The position numbers and the translations under genes were made by a program. Below, piece by piece: positions 1 to 9,467 of a DNA stretch of 64,000 bases (positions are counted from its first letter, which is position 1; the number at the start of each line of letters is the position of its first letter). The notes under the pieces are model-generated. The model saw nothing but the letters and a program-made list of their open reading frames with translations, made no database searches and had not been told where the DNA came from. This DNA is from a virus. Lineage: Duplodnaviria > Heunggongvirae > Uroviricota > Caudoviricetes. The stretch covers positions 235,710 to 299,709 of the IMG/VR virus record IMGVR_UViG_3300037455_000372, one strand, 5' to 3'.

Positions 1-2534
1 TTGACACCAAACACATTTATGACGCCATTGAAGCCGCGTTTAAGGACTGCAAGGAGTCATATACCAATGAACAGCTTGACGGACTAGTAGGGTCGGTCGT
101 AGATGAATTGAGTGCGGGTGGCAAGAAATCCGCTAACGTGGAAACCATCCAAGATACCATCGAAAACGTCTTGATGAACAACGGTATGAACGCCGTCGCC
201 AAGGCATTTATCGAATACCGCCAGAACCGCGCTCGGATTCGTGAAAACCAGAGCGGAATTTATGCGATTATCCGCCGACTCAAACACGATAAATTGTCTA
301 GCTGCAACATCTTGCGCGATAACGCAAATGAATCTGGCGTTACCCCGGCTGGTATGTACGGTAAGATTGCCAGTGAAATGAACAAGATGTACAACTGCTT
401 GAACACGATTTCCGAGAAGTACGTTAACGAGCACGCCAATGGTCAGATTCATATTCACGACCAGAACTTTTATGACCTCTCCTTTAACTGCTTGTTTGCC
501 CCGGTGGGTAAGTTACTACGAGAAGGATTTGATTCTGGTACAGGGTTCTTGAGAAAGGCTAATTCGATCCAATCCGCCGCCGCATTGACCGCTGTTATTT
601 TGCAGCTGCAGTCTAACCAGCAGTATGGCGGTATCGCGTGCGACAATATCGACTTTGACTTGGCTCCGTTTGTTGATATTTCGTTCCGAAAGAATTTGGG
701 TCGTGAAATGAATGGGCTTGCGGTTTGCTCTAAGAACCCGGAATATGCAGAATACCTTGCACTGCCGACCGAGAAGAAGATTGACGATACGATTGCCCGT
801 ATTGCAAAAACGCTCCAATCGCGTGGCGTAACGATGGATAGTCCTAGAGAGTTATTGTACTCCCAGTTCCCTATCGAACAAGTTGACCGTGCCATCGAAT
901 TTACGGATAGTAATACCCACCAAGCGATGGAAGCACTGGTTCACAACTTGAATTCGTTGCAATCAAGGTCTGGTAACCAAGTACCGTTCTCTTCTTTGAA
1001 TTTCGGTATTGATACTTCCAATTGCGGTCGAATGCTCAGTAAGAACCTTATGCGTGCTCAGTACGAAGGTATGGGCGACGGTCTTACGGCCATCTTCCCC
1101 ATTTTGATTTTTAAGCTTATGAAGGGGTTCTCCAAGCTTACGACTGATCCTAATTACGACTTGTATTTGCAAGCGGTTGAATGCTTGGCCCGTCGTTTCT
1201 ACCCGAATTTTGTAAAGGTCGACTCCAAGTTTAACCTTCCGTATGTGAAGTATGACACCGTTGAACTTGATTTTAAGGATGGACAGCGGATTTCTCACCG
1301 TGGGTGTGATGATTCTATTACAGTGACAGCCGACACGGACATCGAAACTGCTAAAGGTGAATATCCGATTTATTCTGTAAATCTTGGCGTTGGCAGTAAC
1401 TGGGATATCGTGTCTTGTAAGGGGTTCCACGCAAAGCTCCGTCGAATTGTTCCTAACACTACCGTGGCAACGATGGGATGTCGTACCCGCGTTATTGGTA
1501 ATGTGAACGGTGTTCAGCAGACGACTGGACGTGGAAATTTCGCTTTCCACACGATTAACCTTCCGCGTCTGGCCATTGAAGCTCATATCGAGTCCACCAA
1601 CGTCGAAACCCGCAAAAATTTGTTCTTTAGCAAGCTTGACGCTATGCTTGAAGATGCCAAGGGAAGCCTTCTCGAACGCTTTAAACTGATTTGCGAGAAA
1701 ACGTATGAGAATTTCCCCTTTACTATGCAGCAAGGCGTATATTTGACTTCCGACGATAAGCCGCATAAGCTCACCGACAAGATTGCCGAGGTTATGAAGC
1801 AGTCTACGCTGAGCATTGGTTATGTTGGTATTGCCGAAACAATTCGCGTTATTACTGGCAAGACGTATGGCGTTGACCACGAAGAGGATGAGTTTGCACT
1901 ATCCATTGTCAAGCGCATTCGTGACTTTTGTGACCAGACTCAGGCTGAAACACACTTGAACTGGAGCTGTTTTGCAACACCGGCTGAAGCTGTTGCCGGT
2001 CGTTTTGCAACAATCGATAAGAATAAGTTCTCCAAGGAAGTAACCGACGAGAATGGTCATACGATGTTGGTTGCAAAGAACAAGAAACTTGCTGATGTGG
2101 ATTTGCATAGACTGTTTGGTAAGGGTTACTATACCAACAGCCATATGATGGATTTCTCGCTCGAAACGTCTCTTGAAAACAAGATTAAGACCGAGGCTCC
2201 TTTCCACGCTTTGACGAATGCTGGCCACATCTTCTACTTCAAGATGAATGGCGACTTGACTAAGAATGTCGAGGCGGTAAAGGCTACCATTGATGCAATG
2301 TATGACGGCGACTTGGGCTATTTCACCGTGACAATGGATTCGGACGACTGCTTGGAATGCGGATTCCACGGCATTATCAATAATGAATGCCCGAAATGCC
2401 ATTGTAATGATGAAGATAAGTTTGTTCGGGTGAGACGTATTACTGGATATTTGACTGGGTCGCCGAGAAAGACGATCAAGAAGTCTTGGGGTGATGGAAA
2501 GCTGGCCGAGCTGGAAGACCGTCACAATATCTAA
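1..2534 (+). CDS. nrdD: Anaerobic (class III) ribonucleoside-triphosphate reductase, 5'-truncated by the window
   Basis: Frame is open from base 3 (DTKHIYDAIEAAF, ATP-cone); IHIHD, QSNQQYGG, SRSGNQVPFSS, TMGCRT, GRGNF, C-terminal CxxC..CxxC and RRITGYL glycyl-radical motif. Confidence 0.97.
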   Translation, partial: DTKHIYDAIEAAFKDCKESYTNEQLDGLVGSVVDELSAGGKKSANVETIQDTIENVLMNNGMNAVAKAFIEYRQNRARIRENQSGIYAIIRRLKHDKLSSCNILRDNANESGVTPAGMYGKIASEMNKMYNCLNTISEKYVNEHANGQIHIHDQNFYDLSFNCLFAPVGKLLREGFDSGTGFLRKANSIQSAAALTAVILQLQSNQQYGGIACDNIDFDLAPFVDISFRKNLGREMNGLAVCSKNPEYAEYLALPTEKKIDDTIARIAKTLQSRGVTMDSPRELLYSQFPIEQVDRAIEFTDSNTHQAMEALVHNLNSLQSRSGNQVPFSSLNFGIDTSNCGRMLSKNLMRAQYEGMGDGLTAIFPILIFKLMKGFSKLTTDPNYDLYLQAVECLARRFYPNFVKVDSKFNLPYVKYDTVELDFKDGQRISHRGCDDSITVTADTDIETAKGEYPIYSVNLGVGSNWDIVSCKGFHAKLRRIVPNTTVATMGCRTRVIGNVNGVQQTTGRGNFAFHTINLPRLAIEAHIESTNVETRKNLFFSKLDAMLEDAKGSLLERFKLICEKTYENFPFTMQQGVYLTSDDKPHKLTDKIAEVMKQSTLSIGYVGIAETIRVITGKTYGVDHEEDEFALSIVKRIRDFCDQTQAETHLNWSCFATPAEAVAGRFATIDKNKFSKEVTDENGHTMLVAKNKKLADVDLHRLFGKGYYTNSHMMDFSLETSLENKIKTEAPFHALTNAGHIFYFKMNGDLTKNVEAVKATIDAMYDGDLGYFTVTMDSDDCLECGFHGIINNECPKCHCNDEDKFVRVRRITGYLTGSPRKTIKKSWGDGKLAELEDRHNI

Positions 2535-2689
2535 ACTAGTGAACACCGCCAAGTACATTTAAAGGTCAATATATAAACTTCCTTTAGAATACTTGGTGGA
2601 ACTCGTATTCAAATATAAGTTTCGGATACCCTTGGTATACGCAGAGTTCCACAATATTGCTATACCGAGGGTATCTTTTTAGGTATCTT

Positions 2690-3739
2690 ATGGAACTCAA
2701 GATATTAGAAACTGACGAAGACTTTAACCAATTTGTGATGGTTAAAGGTGTATGTAATCGAACAAAGTGTGTATTTAAGTGTCGAGTGTGTGGAAACATA
2801 GATACTAAATCGGTTGCCGCGATGCGGCACTACCCATTTAAATGCAAATCGTGTACGCTAAAAGAGTCTCACAAAGGTGATGAATATATACAGAAGCTTC
2901 ATAAAACCAAGCTTGAAAAGTACGGAGACCCGTTATACATCAATACTGCTAAGATTCGAGCCGTGTTAAACGAAAGGTATGGCGGTTCGCCATTAAATGA
3001 CCCTGAAATTAAAGAAAAATATATCAAAACTATGATGGCAAAGTACGGTTGCGAACATCCTAGTCAAATGAATGACTATGTTGAAAAGTGTAAATCTACT
3101 CGATTAAAGAATTTCGGTGATGAAAATTTTAATAACCGCGAAAAATCTAGGCAAACTTGTTTAGCTGTCTATGGGGTGGAACACGCTATTCAGAACGCCG
3201 AGGTTATTCAGAAGTCGAAAAGTACGAAGACTATGCTTTATGGCGACCCAACTTTTAATAATCACGAAAAAACGATTAGAACAAATATGGAACGATATGG
3301 GGTTCCCGCAACTATGCAAGTCAAAGAATTTTCGGACAAAACACATTCCAAATATATCTATAATGGAATGTTATTTGATAGCACTAATGAAATTGCTTAC
3401 TATATTTGGTTAGTTGATAACGGACACACGGTCGAATATCAACCAGCCGTTGAGTTTGACTATCAATATGACGGCAGTCTGCATAAATACTATCCAGATT
3501 TTATGGTTGATGGCCAATTAGTAGAGATCAAGGGGTTACAGTTCTTTGAAAATAAGGATGCGTCAAGTAAGATGATAAATCCGTATGACCGCCGTATGGA
3601 CGGCTTATATGAAGCTAAACACCAGTGTATGGTTGCCCATAACGTCAAAATCGTAACTGATTGTAAAGCGGCAATCAAATATGTCTCTAGCAAATATGGT
3701 CCAAAATTTCTAAGTTCTTGCAAGAATAAGAGGAAATAG
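2690..3739 (+). CDS. Putative free-standing homing endonuclease (CxxC N-terminus, KYG-type repeats, C-terminal PD-(D/E)xK domain)
   Basis: CRVC..CKSC; repeated 'T.L(E/A)KYG' units; HKYYPDFMVDGQLVEIKG; visibly AT-rich insert between nrdD and nrdG. Confidence 0.7.
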   Translation: MELKILETDEDFNQFVMVKGVCNRTKCVFKCRVCGNIDTKSVAAMRHYPFKCKSCTLKESHKGDEYIQKLHKTKLEKYGDPLYINTAKIRAVLNERYGGSPLNDPEIKEKYIKTMMAKYGCEHPSQMNDYVEKCKSTRLKNFGDENFNNREKSRQTCLAVYGVEHAIQNAEVIQKSKSTKTMLYGDPTFNNHEKTIRTNMERYGVPATMQVKEFSDKTHSKYIYNGMLFDSTNEIAYYIWLVDNGHTVEYQPAVEFDYQYDGSLHKYYPDFMVDGQLVEIKGLQFFENKDASSKMINPYDRRMDGLYEAKHQCMVAHNVKIVTDCKAAIKYVSSKYGPKFLSSCKNKRK

Positions 3740-3740
3740 T

Positions 3741-4241
3741 ATGAATTATGGCAACATTTACTATATGTCCATCGTAGACGGCCCCGGAAACCGCGTATCG
3801 CTGTATGTAAGCGGTTGTAGAAACCATTGTCAAGGATGTTTTAACGAGGAAACTTGGAACTTCAATTATGGAAAGCCGTTTACTGAAATTGAGGTAAACG
3901 AGATTATCGAAGCGTGTAAGAAGTCCTATATTTCTGGTTTGTCGATTCTAGGCGGTGACCCGTTCGAGCCGGAGAACCAAGCTGGGTTGGTTGGTTTAAT
4001 CAGTCGTTTCAAAAACGAATGCCCGGATAAGACATTATGGATGTATACTGGGTATATTTATGAGCAAGACTTGAAACCGGGACAGAGAAACCACATAGAT
4101 GGGGTTACAAGCCAAATTCTTGACGCGGTGGACGTGTTAGTGGATGGTCCGTTTATTCAAGCCCAGAGAGACCTAGATTTGCAATTTAGGGGTAGCCGTA
4201 ACCAGAGACTACTGAGTAAGGCGGATCGAGTCGGGTTATAA
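3741..4241 (+). CDS. nrdG: Anaerobic RNR activating enzyme (radical SAM)
   Basis: IVDGPGNRVSLYVSGCRNHCQGCFN, LGGDPF, VDVLVDG, FRGSRNQR. Confidence 0.97.
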   Translation: MNYGNIYYMSIVDGPGNRVSLYVSGCRNHCQGCFNEETWNFNYGKPFTEIEVNEIIEACKKSYISGLSILGGDPFEPENQAGLVGLISRFKNECPDKTLWMYTGYIYEQDLKPGQRNHIDGVTSQILDAVDVLVDGPFIQAQRDLDLQFRGSRNQRLLSKADRVGL

Positions 4242-4243
4242 CA

Positions 4244-4270
4244 AGAAAGGCGGCACAAAGCCGCCTTTTT
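4244..4270. terminator. Bidirectional intrinsic terminator
   Basis: AAAGGCGGC-ACAAA-GCCGCCTTTTT between convergent genes. Confidence 0.8.
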
Positions 4271-4418
4271 ATATTTGTACTTGTGGAAATTTCCGTCGGA
4301 TTAGTTCAAGTGTCGCTGGTTTTGGCGGATCCTTGCTGTTAAGCTCGTCTATAACAGTCCAGACGCCTTTATAGCAGTATGTGGAGATTCCGCTGGATAT
4401 GTATTCGCGTTTGCTCAT
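4269..4418 (-). CDS. Small hypothetical protein (49 aa, MSKREYISSG...), absent from ORF track
   Basis: Manual translation; follows the 4428 gene on the same strand and ends at the terminator. Confidence 0.5.
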   Translation of the reverse strand: MSKREYISSGISTYCYKGVWTVIDELNSKDPPKPATLELIRRKFPQVQI

Positions 4419-4427
4419 AGGAGCATC

Positions 4428-5015
4428 CTACTTGGCTATGCCGAGGTCACGCTGCGCTCTGGAGATGCATCCTTCGATTGCTACCTTCCAGTGGTTCGAT
4501 GTAAAGGAGCCACCGACCTCGATCGGCTTGTCCGCTATCTTCTTGCGGCTCTTGGATATGCCCAGCTTGAATCCCATATTCTCGCCGTAGTTGAACGTGA
4601 GCATAAGGCTATCTGTCTTGAAGATGGACATATACTTGGAATCGCAGTCGCGGACGAAACCGAGCTTGGTGAGCATCTGGTTGAGTTCCTTGCGGTACTG
4701 CAGCGAGCGGTCGTTTTCCTTCTCTACCTCGGTTTCCTTTGCCGTGATGAAGTTGTCGATCTGGCTGCAGACGATTTCCGGCTTCATATCCTTGATTACG
4801 ATGGAGTCCTTGCGGTTACCGGCGTAGTTGTAGAACGCGACGCGGACTGTATGGTGGCCGTTGGACTCGGTTATGGACACTCCGACGGTTCCTTCAAGTT
4901 TCACCTTCGCGTCCTTGAAACGAAGCGTGAAGCTCTGATTCTCGTGGATAAGGACGCTCCAGTTCTTGGAAAGTTCGTCGAAAATCTGCTGCTTGTATGG
5001 GTCTAGGGGGTACAT
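4428..5015 (-). CDS. Hypothetical protein
   Basis: 195 aa ORF coupled (TAATG) to upstream gene. Confidence 0.75.
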   Translation of the reverse strand: MYPLDPYKQQIFDELSKNWSVLIHENQSFTLRFKDAKVKLEGTVGVSITESNGHHTVRVAFYNYAGNRKDSIVIKDMKPEIVCSQIDNFITAKETEVEKENDRSLQYRKELNQMLTKLGFVRDCDSKYMSIFKTDSLMLTFNYGENMGFKLGISKSRKKIADKPIEVGGSFTSNHWKVAIEGCISRAQRDLGIAK

Positions 5016-5536
5016 TAGCCTAACCTCTCTTTGTCGGTTGCCTTGTTAATGTCGAAATCAATCATTATCTGGCCGCGAATCAGCTCGATGGACTTGCGGA
5101 AAGCTTCCATCCGGTTCTCCGGTAGATACTTGGCAATTTCGGCAAGTTTCTCGCATTCGGCGGAAATAATTTCGTACTGCTTGGGAGCTATGCTGGAACG
5201 CGTAAAATACAGCTTGTGAGCGTTCATAAGCGAGCGCATAAGGTCTTGCGAACTTCCGAGCTGAATCATAGATTCGGCTGGGCTATCGCAGATGGTTATG
5301 TATATACGTTCTACGGTAGCGTTGTCTTCCTTTGCGGAATACGTGCCACGGAAGGTACCGTAAATCTCGCCAGCGGCGAACTCACCGACAAAGGATGCTA
5401 TAGTCGTACTGAGAACCTTTTTGGTCTCTTCTACGGCCTGTACAGCCACTTCCGCATCGGTTTCGAACACGAAGCACATCGCGTCGGTAAGTTGTCTTGC
5501 GAACTCGTCCTTGAAGTTATTGGTACTGAAAATCAT
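5015..5536 (-). CDS. Hypothetical protein
   Basis: 173 aa ORF. Confidence 0.75.
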   Translation of the reverse strand: MIFSTNNFKDEFARQLTDAMCFVFETDAEVAVQAVEETKKVLSTTIASFVGEFAAGEIYGTFRGTYSAKEDNATVERIYITICDSPAESMIQLGSSQDLMRSLMNAHKLYFTRSSIAPKQYEIISAECEKLAEIAKYLPENRMEAFRKSIELIRGQIMIDFDINKATDKERLG

Positions 5537-5662
5537 CGTTCTGGGGCTTAATTTGGATTCTAAATATTAAATTATTACATTCTTGGTTATTAAGAACTAG
5601 TTTACTGTTCAACAGGCGTCTTCTAGCCTGGTGAACCGTATAACCATTTTCGAGGATTTTAA

Positions 5663-6217
5663 ATGAGATCACGAGAAGAAATTAAAGGTTTTCTGAAGGA
5701 TATCCAGCGCAAGGACGTTGGTATGGTTGAACGAGCTAAACTTTTTGCGGAATTTGCCCACGCCGGACAGCTTGACAAGGGTGGACAGGCATACATCTAC
5801 CACCCCACTAGGGTTGGCGAGATGACCGCCGAGAAGTATGGCGATGACTATCTCACGGCGGCTGCCTATATGCACGACGTTGTTGAGGATGGCGGATTCG
5901 CGGTGACCGACTTGTCCGTATTTTTCCCGGTGGCCGTGTGGAAGACCGTCGAACTGCTTACTAGGGGTAAGTCTGAAGCTCGCGAAGTCTACATCGACAA
6001 CATCGCCAAGAACTTGCTCGCGACGAAGGTCAAGCTTATGGACTTGCGCGACAATATGAACTTGTCTAGGCTCACATATGTCACCGAGAAGGATTCCTTA
6101 CGACAGTCTCGCTATATTGACGAGTTCCGAAAGCTGGAAGCTGTCTTGAAGAAGTTCGGCGAGGAATTGACTCCTGAAGAGATGGAGTCCGAAACCTATG
6201 CTGAGTTGTATATGTAG
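5663..6217 (+). CDS. HD-domain small alarmone hydrolase-like protein (RelA/SpoT HD, Mesh1-like)
   Basis: AHAGQLDKGGQAYIYHP, AAYMHDVVED, VKLMDLRDNM. Confidence 0.85.
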   Translation: MRSREEIKGFLKDIQRKDVGMVERAKLFAEFAHAGQLDKGGQAYIYHPTRVGEMTAEKYGDDYLTAAAYMHDVVEDGGFAVTDLSVFFPVAVWKTVELLTRGKSEAREVYIDNIAKNLLATKVKLMDLRDNMNLSRLTYVTEKDSLRQSRYIDEFRKLEAVLKKFGEELTPEEMESETYAELYM

Positions 6218-6224
6218 GTAGGAT

Positions 6225-6527
6225 ATGAAGTTTGTCAAAGTAAGCGATACCCAGTACCTAAACCTTTCCCACATTAACTACATCCGCTACGACCCCGATG
6301 ACGGCGACAGCGTGGTTCACTTCGGCGACGATAATTTGCTCCACTTGGACACGGACGAGACCAAGAAACTGCTGAAGGTAGTCGAAGAATTTTCGGCGGT
6401 CAGTCTTGAAGAGGTGTACCATAGGCTAGGGTTTCCGTGGCCGCCCCAGTTCCAGATCAAGGAAGAAGACAAGATCGCCATTAACAATGTGGTGCGGTTA
6501 GAAAAAACGCAAGAATCTGGAGAATAA
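6225..6527 (+). CDS. Hypothetical protein
   Basis: 100 aa ORF with upstream AGGA. Confidence 0.7.
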   Translation: MKFVKVSDTQYLNLSHINYIRYDPDDGDSVVHFGDDNLLHLDTDETKKLLKVVEEFSAVSLEEVYHRLGFPWPPQFQIKEEDKIAINNVVRLEKTQESGE

Positions 6528-6530
6528 AAG

Positions 6531-6557
6531 AAAACCTCGCTGCGAAGCGAGGTTTTT
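6531..6557. terminator. Bidirectional intrinsic terminator
   Basis: AAAACCTCGCT-GCGA-AGCGAGGTTTTT. Confidence 0.8.
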
Positions 6558-6573
6558 GTTAAGTGTTTGATTT

Positions 6574-7302
6574 TTAGACGGCCCAGTCGACCGCCGCCAA
6601 GACGCGATTGAACTTTCCGAACGCGTTGTCACGGCTGCCCCACTTGGTCATATTTCCGCAAAGGCCGGTATGGTAGGGATATACCATACGGTAATCGCAT
6701 TCCAGAGGCTCGTCGTGGAGCTTGAGGATGGACAAACCTTCGTGGCAAGCCAGAAGGTCGTGCATAAGCTTGGACGGCCTCACTCCGTACTCGTCGACAA
6801 TCATTCCCTTGAGGCTACGCCAGATGCCGTTGGCGGCGTTGCGCTCGTTGTGGCAGACGTTCTTGCCGATAAGGACGATTCGGTCGATGTTGCTGCTTTC
6901 GAGGACGCTGACGGTAGCGTTCACGTCGCAGTTGAAGTTGAAGGTACGGATTTCGCTCTTTCCGGCGAACTTGGGCAATACCTTGCGGATAGGCACGATG
7001 TTCGCGCCGACGAATCCGCCGTTCATCACGAGATTAGAAATCTTGTGGGTCTTGACGAAATCGGCGACGATGGTCAGCGCACCGCCGTTGAAAATGGTGT
7101 CGGTATCTTCCGGGATTGTGTCTCGGACTTCGATACCAAGGTTCTTGAGCATTTCTACTCTGTGGAGGCCGACTTCCGAAGTCGGCTTGGGATCGAGCAC
7201 TACGCATCCAAGGACTCCCTTGTCGCGCAAGTAGCGTGCTGCAATCAGGTCATCGACATCTTGGTCGATGTCAGCAATGTATGTTATCTTTTTCATAGTC
7301 AT
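6574..7302 (-). CDS. Nucleoside hydrolase-like protein (IU-NH fold)
   Basis: N-terminal DIDQDVDD aspartate cluster, GGALT, MNGG, FNFNCD, MHDLLA. Confidence 0.65.
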   Translation of the reverse strand: MTMKKITYIADIDQDVDDLIAARYLRDKGVLGCVVLDPKPTSEVGLHRVEMLKNLGIEVRDTIPEDTDTIFNGGALTIVADFVKTHKISNLVMNGGFVGANIVPIRKVLPKFAGKSEIRTFNFNCDVNATVSVLESSNIDRIVLIGKNVCHNERNAANGIWRSLKGMIVDEYGVRPSKLMHDLLACHEGLSILKLHDEPLECDYRMVYPYHTGLCGNMTKWGSRDNAFGKFNRVLAAVDWAV

Positions 7303-7308
7303 GCTATG

Positions 7309-7337
7309 AATATAACAAATGTTGCACGACTTGTCAA
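7309..7337 (-). promoter_or_regulatory. Sigma70-like promoter, probably leaderless transcript
   Basis: TTGACA-N17-TATATT-N6-ATG(7302). Confidence 0.75.
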
Positions 7338-7371
7338 TAGAAAAGCCGCAATTTTCTTGCGGCTTGTTGAA

Positions 7372-8061
7372 TTAGGTTGCGTTTACGTCATCGGCTGCTG
7401 GCTGTTCTGGCTGGTCTTGCGGTTGCTGTTCGGCACCGCCGTCGCCTCCGGTAGGCTTGGGAGCCTCTTGCTTTTCGGCTGCCTTGGCTTGTTCTGCTGA
7501 CGCCTTCTTGGCTTGGTCGACCGCCTTCTGACTACACGAGTTGGTAAGGATCAGAATTGCTCTTGTAATGTCAGCCGCCGTGTAGTTGTCGGAACACTTG
7601 GATGCGAAATTCTCGACCGCCTTCGTGATGTACGGGACCAGTTTCTCCACTTTCATCTTCTGCTGCGGATTGGTAATACCGAGGTCGTGCAGAGCGGTGC
7701 GTGCGACAAGTCGGAGGTTTCCGGCGGCCTTGAAATCGTTGGCGAGCTTCTGGGCGGTAGGAGCCACGCCGTTGTCCGCCTTTTGGTCGGTGTTTACGGC
7801 TTCGGCTGACGATTCTGGGTCGGCATCGGTAGCGGGGTCTTGCTGCGGCTGCTCTTCGGCTGGCTGTTCGGTGGGCTGTTCCTCTGTCTGCGGCTCGGCG
7901 TTTTCCTCAGCCGGTGCTTCGGGAGCTGGCTCTTCGGTCGGTGCTTCTTGGCCATCGGTAGCCTCTTCCGGACCGGGTGCTTGGCCATCTTCACCCTCGA
8001 AAATGAAGCATCCGCCGTTACGGAAAGCCTCTATAAAGTCGTCGTTAATGCTGTATGCCAT
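7372..8061 (-). CDS. Acidic low-complexity protein, possible internal virion protein
   Basis: Start MAYSINDD at 8061; E/Q/P/A-rich arms around a helical core; ATAAACT upstream. Confidence 0.7.
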   Translation of the reverse strand: MAYSINDDFIEAFRNGGCFIFEGEDGQAPGPEEATDGQEAPTEEPAPEAPAEENAEPQTEEQPTEQPAEEQPQQDPATDADPESSAEAVNTDQKADNGVAPTAQKLANDFKAAGNLRLVARTALHDLGITNPQQKMKVEKLVPYITKAVENFASKCSDNYTAADITRAILILTNSCSQKAVDQAKKASAEQAKAAEKQEAPKPTGGDGGAEQQPQDQPEQPAADDVNAT

Positions 8062-8116
8062 AAGAAACTCTTTTTCTTGTCTCTTGCAGTTTATACGGTG
8101 GGTTACGTCCAACCGT

Positions 8117-9415
8117 GTGAACTACGCACCGCCTAAAGGCGGTGAGCTTCGCGTTGCGTATCGATGTTTCCCGCGCCTTTAACCGCAGTCCCTGCGGCGA
8201 TTAAACTTTTACCTTCGGTAAGGATGTTGATAGCGGCATTGACATCACGGTCGTGTGACGTGCCGCACTGCGGACACGTCCACGACCTTACGTTCAAGTC
8301 CTTTGTCAACATATTCTTGAACCCACAGCAGTGACATAGCTGAGATGATGGGAACCATCGTCCGACCCGGACTATGGTTCTGCCATACCATTCAGCCTTG
8401 TACTGTAGTTTGTTCAGGAACATCCTCCAAGCTGTGTCGTGTTCGGACTTCGCGTGGTCGCCTTCTGCGACCTCGCGCACGTCCAAGTCCTCGACCACCA
8501 CCGTTTGGTTCTCGCGGAGTAGTCGTGTAGACAGCTTGTCAAGGAAATCCTTCCTTCGGTTAGCAACTTTTTCGTGTTCACGAGCGATGCGCAAGCGCAA
8601 TGCCTCGTGTCTCTTTGAACCATTCTGCTTCTTGGCGAAAGCTCGCTGAAGGCCAGCGATACGAGTTTCTGATTTCTTGAGGAAACGAGGATTCGCGACG
8701 GCTTCGCCGTCGCTGGTAACGCAGAATTCTTTAAGTCCTAAGTCGATTCCTATTTCGAATTCGGTTGTAGGTAATGCCTTCGGCACAGCTTCTTCGACTA
8801 GGATTGACGCATAGTATTTCCCGGCGCGTGACCGTGACACCGTTACGTGCTTGATGTTTCTTACAGACCAGTCGATGTCCTCGTAGTTGCGGAAGGAAAC
8901 GAAGCCTACCTTCGGTAGGCGGAGTTTCCTCCCTTCTACACGGATATTATCCTTCGTTCGATAACTTGTATACGAATCCTTGTCTTTATGTTTCGACTTA
9001 AACTGCGGAAATCCGACACCGTCGGCCTTCCGCTCGAAGAAGTTCTTAAACGCCGTATTCAACGTAAGCACTTCGGCTGTCAATGCGTTCGAGTCGACTT
9101 CCTTCAAGAAAGGAAACTCGGCGTAGAAATCTGTCGGCTTAGACCGGCACTTCGTGCCGGTCGCCTCGTACGATTTCTTGCGTGCTTCCAACATACAGTT
9201 GTATACCTTACGGCAGCAGCCGAAAGTCTTGCAAAGCAAGACTTCTTGCTGCTTGTTAGGATACAGTCTGACGTTGTAGGCACGTTGAAACATAGTTCAA
9301 TAGTTCTAATTTTTATATAGTTTATATGACTAGTTAAATTATTTTTGTCAAGTTCCGCACATATCATCTGCCACCCTAAAGGGTACCCCAGCACCTAGCG
9401 GTGCTGGGTGGCAGT
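8117..9415 (-). mobile_element. IS200/IS605-family tnpB-only (IS1341-like) element; left boundary approximate
   Basis: Right end on minus strand GAAGCTCACCGCCTTTAGGCGGTGCGTAGTTCAC; branched hairpin at 9368-9414 shares the CCTTTAGG core; no tnpA. Confidence 0.8.
8133..9293 (-). CDS. tnpB: RNA-guided endonuclease TnpB
   Basis: AYNVRLYPN HTH; RuvC GIDLG, VVEDL, DRDVNAAINI; zinc finger CHCC..CPQC. Confidence 0.95.
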   Translation of the reverse strand: MFQRAYNVRLYPNKQQEVLLCKTFGCCRKVYNCMLEARKKSYEATGTKCRSKPTDFYAEFPFLKEVDSNALTAEVLTLNTAFKNFFERKADGVGFPQFKSKHKDKDSYTSYRTKDNIRVEGRKLRLPKVGFVSFRNYEDIDWSVRNIKHVTVSRSRAGKYYASILVEEAVPKALPTTEFEIGIDLGLKEFCVTSDGEAVANPRFLKKSETRIAGLQRAFAKKQNGSKRHEALRLRIAREHEKVANRRKDFLDKLSTRLLRENQTVVVEDLDVREVAEGDHAKSEHDTAWRMFLNKLQYKAEWYGRTIVRVGRWFPSSQLCHCCGFKNMLTKDLNVRSWTCPQCGTSHDRDVNAAINILTEGKSLIAAGTAVKGAGNIDTQREAHRL

Positions 9416-9467
9416 TTTCTCGGCGCGTTCGTATAAACTGATGGAAAAGCCGTTTGATGGATGTAGT

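Noticed and set aside
1250-1465. ~65 aa insertion in NrdD just before TMGCRT, considered as intein or intron
   Set aside because: No Cys/Ser...His-Asn splice motifs and the frame is uninterrupted; more likely a surface insertion.
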